Source of the DNA: a virus
Reading direction: 5' to 3' (one strand)
Virus genome (UHGV): UHGV-0241105
Length of the DNA: 43,019 bases
A program made the translations under genes and the position numbers. The notes under the pieces were generated by a model that saw only the letters and a list, made by a program, of their open reading frames with translations, did not search any database and had not been told where the DNA came from. Numbering within the stretch: the stretch's first letter is position 1; each line of letters begins with the position of its first letter. Positions 26,563 through 34,217 of the stretch are shown piece by piece.

Positions 26563-26609
26563 GCGTTATCGCAAGGAATTAGATTTCAAGCGGTAACGCT
26601 TTTTTATTT
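26563..26609 (+). terminator. Terminator-like hairpin just before terL
   Basis: GCGTTATCGC...GCGGTAACGC plus TTTTTT. Confidence 0.7.
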
Positions 26610-28259
26610 GTGAAAGAGGAATATATGAGAGAGTTACTTGAAAAAATTTTCGGGGAAATAAAAAGAGACCCATATGATTTAGACACATATAAGGATTTAT
26701 ATTATATGTGTATTGAGACTATGAAAACTGACAGGGAATTGGGGGTTGAATATCTGAAAAAGTTCTCCGCATTTATAGAAGAAAATATAGTGAAGTTTGA
26801 CGACGAGAGCGACCTTAAAGAAATATACAGATTGCATAGACGAGTATTACTTGCCGCTGCACCATATGATTTCGACAGTTATCTTCTGTATCTTGAATGG
26901 GAGAGGGAGCCGTCTAAGAAATTCTATGTGCCAAGAAGGAGAGTGTTGCAACCTATAGTTCAGGCAATGCAAGACATGATTGACGATAAAATTGACTTAC
27001 TCACAATCTCTATGCCACCAGGAACAGGGAAGTCTACATTAGGAATTTTCTTCTTGTCGTGGGTAATGGGAAGATATCCAGACAGTCAGAATCTTGCCTC
27101 TGCACATTCGGGTATGCTTACACGTTCTTTTTATGACGGAGTATATCAGATTATTACAGACAGTGAGTATCTTTGGAAAGACGTTTTCCGAGGGGTTAAT
27201 CTTGCCGCTACAAATTCCAAAGAGGAGACAATAGACCTACATAAAAGGCACAGATTCTCGACTCTCACTTGTAGGGCAATCAATGCCTCTCTTACAGGTG
27301 CCACTCGTTGCGATAAGATTCTCTATGCTGACGACCTTTGCTCTGGTATTGAAGAGGCAATGAGTAAAGAGAGACTGGACAAGTTGTGGTTCTCATATAC
27401 AAACGACCTTAAATCTCGTAAAAAAGAAGGAGCTAAAGAAATTCACATTGCCACAAGGTGGTCAGTTCACGATGTTATTGGCAGGCTAGAGGTGCAGTAC
27501 GGAGACGACCCGCGTGCGAGGTTTATTGTCTTGCCAGCGTTTGACAAAAACGGTGAGAGTAACTTTGATTATGATTACGGTGTAGGGTTTGGTAAAGAGT
27601 ATTTTGAGGATATGAGGGCGAATCTTGATGACGCGTCTTTCAAGGCACTCTACATGAATCAGCCGATTGAAAGAGAGGGTCTACTATACGATATTGACGA
27701 GCTTAGGAGATATTTTGAGCTGCCCCTCGGAGAGCCAGATGCGATAATCGGGATATGTGATACAAAGGACAAAGGTTCGGATTACGCATTTTTACCTGCT
27801 GTATATGTTTATGGGAATGACTACTATATAGAGGATTGTGTATGCGATAATAATCTCCCGAATATTGTGGATGCTAGGCTTGTGGATATTCTAATTAGGA
27901 ATAAAGTCCAGATGTGCAGATTCGAGAGTAACTCAGCAGGAGGCAGAATCGCAGAGAAAGTGCAAGGCGAGGTAAAAGAGCGGGGAGGAATAACAAGGAT
28001 AACCACCAAGTTCACAAGTGCGAATAAAGAAACTAAGATTATTGTCAATAGTGCATGGATTAAAGAACATTGTCTATTTAAAGACGAGAGCCTATATAAA
28101 AGACAAAGTGATTATGGGAAGATGATGGATATGCTCGGCTCCTATACTGTAGCAGGGAAGAATAAGCATGATGACGTTCCAGACGGGCTTGCAATGCTAT
28201 CTGAATTTGCTCAGAGCATGTCGGGGTCTAGGGTAGAAGTATTCAGACGACCGTGGTGA
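26610..28259 (+). CDS. terL: Terminase large subunit
   Basis: MPPGTGKS Walker A; YADD Walker B; TRW..HD; C-terminal HDDVPD nuclease motif. Confidence 0.93.
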   Translation: MKEEYMRELLEKIFGEIKRDPYDLDTYKDLYYMCIETMKTDRELGVEYLKKFSAFIEENIVKFDDESDLKEIYRLHRRVLLAAAPYDFDSYLLYLEWEREPSKKFYVPRRRVLQPIVQAMQDMIDDKIDLLTISMPPGTGKSTLGIFFLSWVMGRYPDSQNLASAHSGMLTRSFYDGVYQIITDSEYLWKDVFRGVNLAATNSKEETIDLHKRHRFSTLTCRAINASLTGATRCDKILYADDLCSGIEEAMSKERLDKLWFSYTNDLKSRKKEGAKEIHIATRWSVHDVIGRLEVQYGDDPRARFIVLPAFDKNGESNFDYDYGVGFGKEYFEDMRANLDDASFKALYMNQPIEREGLLYDIDELRRYFELPLGEPDAIIGICDTKDKGSDYAFLPAVYVYGNDYYIEDCVCDNNLPNIVDARLVDILIRNKVQMCRFESNSAGGRIAEKVQGEVKERGGITRITTKFTSANKETKIIVNSAWIKEHCLFKDESLYKRQSDYGKMMDMLGSYTVAGKNKHDDVPDGLAMLSEFAQSMSGSRVEVFRRPW

Positions 28260-28288
28260 AAAAATACTGCATATTGTGTAAATATCTG

Positions 28289-28316
28289 TTGACATACATA
28301 ATATAATGAGTATAAT
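28289..28316 (+). promoter_or_regulatory. Promoter upstream of portal
   Basis: TTGACA-N16-TATAAT. Confidence 0.7.
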
Positions 28317-28348
28317 ATACCTGAAGAATAATATAAAAATGCGAAGGT

Positions 28349-28405
28349 TAGGTGCATGATTGCACGAGATTTAGTTCTCGTACAGTTATGCACCTATTTT
28401 TATTT
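28349..28405 (+). terminator. Long hairpin with T-tract in portal leader
   Basis: TAGGTGCATGATTG-CACGAGA...TCTCGT-A-CAGTTATGCACCTA plus TTTTTATTT. Confidence 0.7.
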
Positions 28406-28425
28406 GGTCAGAAAGGAGTGGAAAC

Positions 28426-29910
28426 TTGCCAAACGTTATTGATGAGTCAAAACCTAAAAATCAGACAAGGCAACTAAGCGGTCGAAGAATGATAAAGACT
28501 AGTGTTGCGGAAGTAACAAGCGAGAATGTGGTCGAAGTTCTCCGAAAGGCACGTTCTACCCATGACATAAACCGTAGTGAGATCGATTATCTATGGGACT
28601 ACTACAGAGGCAAACAACCTATCTGGAATAGGCAAAAAGACGTCAGACCTGAAATATGCAACAGAATCGTTGAGAATAGGGCAAACGAGATTGTGTCATT
28701 CAAGGTTGGTTATCTCTGCGGTGAGCCGATTCAGTATGTGAGTCGTAAAGGCGGCGAGGATATTGTAAAGCAAATCAATAGGCTAAACGAGATGATGTTC
28801 GCCGAGGACAAGGCAGCTCAAGACCAAGAACTTGTTGAATGGCAGATGATATGCGGAACGGCATTCCGTCTTGTATTACCAGACGAGCCCGAAGAGGAAG
28901 ACGAAGCACCTTTTGAAATGTACACATTAGACCCAAGACAAGCATTCGTTGTCTACTCAACAGAAATCGGAAATAAGCCTCTCATGGCGGTTAAATACAG
29001 CGAAGATGATGAGCACATTACACGCTACTCAATCTATACAGAGAACATGTATTACTTAGTAGAAAATGACCTCATCGTAGAGTCCGTCCCTCATGCTCTC
29101 GGCATGATTCCTATATTTGAATATCCTGCAAATAATGCACGGCTTGGCTCCTTTGAAATCGTTCTACCTCTTCTTGACGCAATAAATAGTGTCGAGAGCA
29201 ACAGGATGGATGGAATGGAACAGTTGGTTCAGGCATTCATCAAGTTTGTAAACTGCGACATAACGAAAGAGGAGTATCAGGAGTTTCTGGAACTAGGAGC
29301 AATAAAAGTCAAGTCAGCAGATGGTCAGTCAGCTGATGTAGGGGTTGTTACTACAGAACTCAACCAGACACAATCTCAGACTTTAAAAGACGATTACTAC
29401 AATGCAATGCTCACGATATGTGGAATGCCTAACCGTAACGGGGGGAGTTCTACAAGCGATACAGGTTCAGCCGTACTACTAAGAGATGGGTGGTCAGATG
29501 CAGAGGCTAGAGCAAAAGATAGCGAGAACGTATTCAAGCGTTCCGAGAAAAAAATGCTGAAACTTGTACTACGTATTTGTAGAGATATTGGTGGGCTGAA
29601 TCTCATGTTACGAGATATCGATATGAGGTTTACAAGAAGAAACTACGAGGCAATTCAGAGCAAATCACAGGTTCTAATAGCAATGCTCAGCAATCCTAAG
29701 ATTCATCCGCAACTCGCTTTCCAACATTCAGGAATGTTCAGCGATAGTGAGTCGGCATACACAATGAGCATGAAATACTACGAAGAACAGCAACAGAAAG
29801 ATATTAAAAGCGAAGAAAACGCTTTAGATATGCAGGTCAGAGAAGACCAAGATAAAACGCAGCAAGCAGAGAAGCTTCAAACACAAACAAATAACAGAGA
29901 AGTTATGTAA
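28426..29910 (+). CDS. Portal protein (SPP1 gp6-like)
   Basis: YYRGKQPI, NRIVEN.A..IV....GYL.GEPI and SDTGSA motifs; follows terL. Confidence 0.92.
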   Translation: MPNVIDESKPKNQTRQLSGRRMIKTSVAEVTSENVVEVLRKARSTHDINRSEIDYLWDYYRGKQPIWNRQKDVRPEICNRIVENRANEIVSFKVGYLCGEPIQYVSRKGGEDIVKQINRLNEMMFAEDKAAQDQELVEWQMICGTAFRLVLPDEPEEEDEAPFEMYTLDPRQAFVVYSTEIGNKPLMAVKYSEDDEHITRYSIYTENMYYLVENDLIVESVPHALGMIPIFEYPANNARLGSFEIVLPLLDAINSVESNRMDGMEQLVQAFIKFVNCDITKEEYQEFLELGAIKVKSADGQSADVGVVTTELNQTQSQTLKDDYYNAMLTICGMPNRNGGSSTSDTGSAVLLRDGWSDAEARAKDSENVFKRSEKKMLKLVLRICRDIGGLNLMLRDIDMRFTRRNYEAIQSKSQVLIAMLSNPKIHPQLAFQHSGMFSDSESAYTMSMKYYEEQQQKDIKSEENALDMQVREDQDKTQQAEKLQTQTNNREVM

Positions 29911-29915
29911 AACGC
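29835..29915 (+). promoter_or_regulatory. Three stem-loops with an identical AGAGAA loop upstream of scaffold RBS
   Basis: GGTC-AGAGAA-GACC (29835), AAGC-AGAGAA-GCTT (29864), ATAAC-AGAGAA-GTTAT (29891). Confidence 0.75.
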
Positions 29916-29930
29916 AAGGAGGATTTAGGT

Positions 29931-30506
29931 ATGGCAAAGGTTGATTTAACCAAGATTGAAGGGTATGCGGACATGACCGCGGAAGAAAAGATTGCGGCAC
30001 TCGAATCCTATGAGGTAGGAGAGCCAGATTACAGCGGTTATGTGAAAAAGGAAGTTTTCGATAAGACGGCTTCTGAACTAGCTAGTAAGAAGAAAGAACT
30101 CAACGATAAGTTGACGGCAGACGAGCAGAGAGAGCAAGCAGATAAAGAGGCTAGGGAGAAACTACAGGCTGATTATGACAAACTTTTACGCGAAAGCAAT
30201 GTGTCAAAGTATAAAGCAAAGTTTCTTGGAATGGGCTACGAGGAAAAACTCGCAGAAGAAACGGCAATAGCTATGGCAGATGGCGACAGCGAGAAAGTCT
30301 TTGCTAATCAGAAAAAGCATATTGATTCAGTCGAGAAGAAGATTCGTGCTGATGTCCTCAAGAACACTCCTAAACCAACACCAGAGGGAGGTTCGGAAAC
30401 AATGACAAAAGAAAAATACAGGGGAATGTCTCCGCTGGAGAGGCGAGAATACGCTGAGAAAAATCCAGAGGAGTACAAATCACTTTATTCGGAGGGGAAT
30501 GTATAA
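29931..30506 (+). CDS. Capsid scaffolding protein
   Basis: Charged coiled coil; KNTPKP.P.GG linker; lies between portal and capsid. Confidence 0.85.
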   Translation: MAKVDLTKIEGYADMTAEEKIAALESYEVGEPDYSGYVKKEVFDKTASELASKKKELNDKLTADEQREQADKEAREKLQADYDKLLRESNVSKYKAKFLGMGYEEKLAEETAIAMADGDSEKVFANQKKHIDSVEKKIRADVLKNTPKPTPEGGSETMTKEKYRGMSPLERREYAEKNPEEYKSLYSEGNV

Positions 30507-31321
30507 TGGCTAACAAAGTATATGACAATTTTTGGCTATCAAATGAAATTGAAGACCAGTACAAATCACATTTAGATTTACAGCAGTTCTGTACTGTTGA
30601 TAATTCGCTTGTAGGAACAGCAGGCATGACAAGAAAGATTAACGTCTATAGTGCTACAGATGGAACAGAGAAACTTGATGTTACCAAAGGTAACACTAAA
30701 TCCATCGAAGTAACCTATTCTCCAAAAGATTACAAAATCCTTTTGGCACAGAACAGGTTCAAATACTATGACGAGCAGGCAATGACAGATCCTATGCTTG
30801 TGCCAGTCGGAACAAAGCATATGGCTACAGACCTATTCAATACTGTAAATGCTGACATTTTTGCAGAATTTAATAAGGCAACCCTTAAAGTTACTGCCCC
30901 AAAACTTGATTTCGGTGCATTCGCAGACGCAGTTGCTACATTAAATATCGAAGGAACAGATAACGATCCAAGCGTTGTTTCACCACAGTGCTTCGCATTC
31001 GTATGCCCAGCAGATATGGCACAGCTAAGAAGGAATCTTGGAGAAGATTTGAAGTATGTTGAAAGTTTTGCAAGGTCAGGATACGTAGGGACAGTAGCAG
31101 GAGTCAATGTCTATACAAAGAAGGACGCAGTTGCAAAGACAGTTATTCTAGGCACTAGAGAAGCAGTAACTCTCTTTAATAAGAAAGGCGTTGAAGTCGA
31201 ACAGGATAGAGACAGAAATACAAGAGAGAATACTATCTACTCCAGAAAGTATTACCTCGCTGCACTAACAGATGCTACAAAGGCTGTAAAACTGACAGTT
31301 GGAACTGGCGGTTCAGGCTAA
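30506..31321 (+). CDS. Major capsid protein
   Basis: DNSLVGTAG..RKI and VEVEQDRD motifs; size and position. Confidence 0.88.
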   Translation: MANKVYDNFWLSNEIEDQYKSHLDLQQFCTVDNSLVGTAGMTRKINVYSATDGTEKLDVTKGNTKSIEVTYSPKDYKILLAQNRFKYYDEQAMTDPMLVPVGTKHMATDLFNTVNADIFAEFNKATLKVTAPKLDFGAFADAVATLNIEGTDNDPSVVSPQCFAFVCPADMAQLRRNLGEDLKYVESFARSGYVGTVAGVNVYTKKDAVAKTVILGTREAVTLFNKKGVEVEQDRDRNTRENTIYSRKYYLAALTDATKAVKLTVGTGGSG

Positions 31322-31332
31322 ATTGAAAGGAG

Positions 31333-31659
31333 GTGGACAGAATGGACGATAGGGAAAAACTCGCAACAGTAAGGGCGATGATCAATGGTGATGACACCGA
31401 TGATATTCTGTCCACTTATCTTAAACTTGCTGCGAGAAAAATTATTGCTAGAGCCTATCCATACGATAGAGATGCGACAGAAATGCCGAAACAATACGAT
31501 TTTCTACAATGTGAGATTGCCGCATACATGCTGAATAAGCGTGGTGCGGAAGGTCAAACAGGGCACTCTGAAAATGGTATTTCACGTCAATATGAGAATG
31601 CTGACGTCCCCGCCTCAATGCTACGAGTGGTTACACCATATTGTGGGGTAATCAAATGA
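31333..31659 (+). CDS. Head-tail connector (adaptor)
   Basis: NKRGAEGQTGHSENGISRQY motif. Confidence 0.85.
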   Translation: MDRMDDREKLATVRAMINGDDTDDILSTYLKLAARKIIARAYPYDRDATEMPKQYDFLQCEIAAYMLNKRGAEGQTGHSENGISRQYENADVPASMLRVVTPYCGVIK

Positions 31660-32063
31660 GATGTCTACTCAGGAATAAGGTCAGATTCTTCTACGCTCTT
31701 TACGACAAGAAAGAAGAAATTCGTGACGAGTATGGCAACATGACGGGCGAGTATGCTGTTACACATGGTAACCCCATAGAATGCTATGGCAATGTCTCGG
31801 CAGCCAGAGGTGAGATGGTACCTTGTCTATTTGGTGAGAATGAGGTGTATGACAAGGTTTTAGTCCTGGATAATGCCTCACCTAAGATAGACGAATACAC
31901 CGTACTGTGGGTTGATACTATCCCAAAGATAAACAAGGACGGTAGTCTAAGTAAGAATAGCGATGGGGAAACCGATACACCATATGACTACATCGTAAGG
32001 AAAGTAGCTCGTAGTTTGAATAGTGTATCGATTGCTATACGAAAGGTGGATGTCCGTGAGTAG
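31656..32063 (+). CDS. Head closure/stopper protein
   Basis: DEYGN motif; position; ATG 31656 overlaps upstream TGA. Confidence 0.7.
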   Translation: MRCLLRNKVRFFYALYDKKEEIRDEYGNMTGEYAVTHGNPIECYGNVSAARGEMVPCLFGENEVYDKVLVLDNASPKIDEYTVLWVDTIPKINKDGSLSKNSDGETDTPYDYIVRKVARSLNSVSIAIRKVDVRE

Positions 32064-32583
32064 GAGAGTCATTCAAATAGGTCTATCCGAACAGGAAGTT
32101 GATAGAGCAATCAGAGAACTTGCTGAGTACAAAAGAGACTTCCTAAGAAAGGTCGATATTTTTCGAGAGAGGATAGCAGAGAGAATTGCAAGCGAGGCAC
32201 AGGCAGGATTCAATGGGGCGGTTGTGGATGATTTAGTCAACGGAGGCGAGAAACTTGCCGATGTAGATATAGGCATAGGTAGTTCTGTAGGGGGTTCTAT
32301 AACTGTAGTAATTGCAAATGGCGAGGACGCCGTATGGGTAGAGTTCGGAACAGGTGTCTATCATAATGGCACCGCGGGCAGTTCTCCTCACCCAAGAGGT
32401 GCTGAACTAGGTTTCACTATAGGAGGATATGGCAAAGGTCTCGGCAAGAGGCAAACTTGGGGATATTACGAAGACGGAGAACTCAAACTCACTCGTGGTA
32501 CACCAGCAAGGATGCCTATGGAAGGAGCGTTTTTATCAGTCTGCAATGAGATTCCAGAAATAACGAGGGAGGTGTTCGGATGA
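32023..32583 (+). CDS. Neck protein, HK97 gp10-like (true start probably ~32050-32056)
   Basis: AVWVEFGTG and TRGTPARMPM motifs. Confidence 0.75.
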   Translation: MYRLLYERWMSVSRRVIQIGLSEQEVDRAIRELAEYKRDFLRKVDIFRERIAERIASEAQAGFNGAVVDDLVNGGEKLADVDIGIGSSVGGSITVVIANGEDAVWVEFGTGVYHNGTAGSSPHPRGAELGFTIGGYGKGLGKRQTWGYYEDGELKLTRGTPARMPMEGAFLSVCNEIPEITREVFG

Positions 32584-32984
32584 TAGATATTGAAACAGAA
32601 GTTTTCGATATTATAGCGACACAAGTACGAAAGAAATATCCGAAAGTATTTATTACAGGTGAATATGTGAAATCACCATCCTCGTTTCCTTGTGTGTCTC
32701 TTGTAGAAACTGATAATCAGGTCTACAGAAATACACGCTCAACTGATTCTATAGAAAACCATGCACAGCTGCTATATGAACTCAATGTCTACTCAAATAA
32801 GGTACGTAGGAAAAAGGCGGAGTGCAAGGAAATAATATCGTTAATTGACGAGAGAATGGAACTACTAGGGTTCACACGAACAATGATGGCTCCAATTCCG
32901 AATGAAGCTGACGCCACAGTTTACAGAATGGTCGCTCGGTATAGGGCGATTGTATCAAAAGAAAATGTAATTTTTAGGAGGTAA
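32580..32984 (+). CDS. Tail terminator/completion protein
   Basis: PSSFPCVS...E.N; position before major tail gene. Confidence 0.7.
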   Translation: MIDIETEVFDIIATQVRKKYPKVFITGEYVKSPSSFPCVSLVETDNQVYRNTRSTDSIENHAQLLYELNVYSNKVRRKKAECKEIISLIDERMELLGFTRTMMAPIPNEADATVYRMVARYRAIVSKENVIFRR

Positions 32985-32990
32985 CTAAAC

Positions 32991-33422
32991 ATGGCTATTA
33001 GTACATACAAAATATTCCTTATGCAGAAGAATGCAACAGCATGGGAGAAACTAATTGATATCAAAGAGTTCCCAGATCTTGGGGGTGCTCCAGAAATGCT
33101 CGAAACAACTACCCTGTCAGATAAAATGCAGACTTATATCCCAGGTATACAGAGTCTTGACGCACTTGAGTTCAGTGCAAATTATACTCTGGACGATTTC
33201 AAAAAACTGAAAGCTCTTGAGGGACAAGAAAAGGACTATGCTGTTTGGATTGGTGGTAAGGAAGCAGCAGGTGTTGTAACACCTACGGGAGAGGAAGGGA
33301 AATTCTCATTTAAGGGACAACTCTCCGTCTTCCCTGTCGGTGGTGGGGTGAACGAGGTAGTTGGAATGACAATTACCATTGCACCATCAACAATAATAGA
33401 TCCAGAGGGCAGTAACAGCTAA
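32991..33422 (+). CDS. Major tail (tube) protein
   Basis: PDLGGAPEMLETTTLSD...YIPGIQ motif. Confidence 0.88.
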   Translation: MAISTYKIFLMQKNATAWEKLIDIKEFPDLGGAPEMLETTTLSDKMQTYIPGIQSLDALEFSANYTLDDFKKLKALEGQEKDYAVWIGGKEAAGVVTPTGEEGKFSFKGQLSVFPVGGGVNEVVGMTITIAPSTIIDPEGSNS

Positions 33423-33435
33423 GGAGGTTTAAATT

Positions 33436-33765
33436 ATGGCAAAGCAGTTAAAGTTCACATATGAGGATAAAGAGTACACACTTGAGTTTACTAGAAGAAC
33501 AGTAACTGAGATGGAGAAAAAAGGCTTTATCGCAAGTGATGTTGAAACAAAACCTATGTCCACTCTACCCGCAATGTTTGAGGGTGCGTTTCTCGCCCAT
33601 CACAGATTCGTGAAGAAGAATGTCATAGACGAGATTTTTGCGAAACTAACGAACAAAGAGGAACTCATCGGTAAGTTAGCAGAAATGTATAACGAACCAA
33701 TCATGGCTCTTATTGAGGAACCTGAAGCCGATGAGGGAAACGTGGGGTGGACAGCGAGCTTCTAG
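33436..33765 (+). CDS. Tail assembly chaperone (gpG-like)
   Basis: Between tube and tape-measure genes; ends after a slippery site. Confidence 0.8.
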   Translation: MAKQLKFTYEDKEYTLEFTRRTVTEMEKKGFIASDVETKPMSTLPAMFEGAFLAHHRFVKKNVIDEIFAKLTNKEELIGKLAEMYNEPIMALIEEPEADEGNVGWTASF

Positions 33766-33779
33766 GAGGCTCCCTGTCC
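33735..33779 (+). promoter_or_regulatory. -1 programmed frameshift signal
   Basis: G GGA AAC in correct register, then hairpin GGACAG-CGAGCTTC-TAG-GAGGCTC-C-CTGTCC 7 nt downstream. Confidence 0.85.
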
Positions 33780-34217
33780 GAAGATGTAGATTTGAAGGAG
33801 AGTAGACGGGAGATATATTCCGCTACCTCCACACCCTATACGGATGTCTTTATAAAGAGATTTCCGTACTACTTATCTATTGGTATGACAGAGGAACAAT
33901 ACTGGGATAAGGACTGTTTATTAACGAAGTATTATCGTGAGGCAGAGGAATTACGAACAGAAAAAGCCAATCAAATGGCGTGGTTGCAGGGGATGTATAT
34001 ATACGATGCTTTGGCACGTATCTCTCCTATCTTACGAGCCTTCTCGAAAAAAGGCACTAAAGCACAGCCATATCCAGAAGAACCTTATCCAATAGGGAGA
34101 AAGTCGGTGGAAGATTCCAAGAACAAAAAAGAAAAAGAGAACTATGACAAAGCCAAAAGATATATGGAGGCATACATGGTTCAACATAATAAAAGATTAG
34201 AAAGGGAGAGTGAATAA
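33747..34217 (+). CDS. Tail assembly chaperone frameshift extension (gpT-like)
   Basis: In the -1 frame relative to the upstream chaperone; YLSIGMT..QYW and AWLQGMYIY motifs. Confidence 0.8.
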   Translation: MDSELLGGSLSEDVDLKESRREIYSATSTPYTDVFIKRFPYYLSIGMTEEQYWDKDCLLTKYYREAEELRTEKANQMAWLQGMYIYDALARISPILRAFSKKGTKAQPYPEEPYPIGRKSVEDSKNKKEKENYDKAKRYMEAYMVQHNKRLERESE

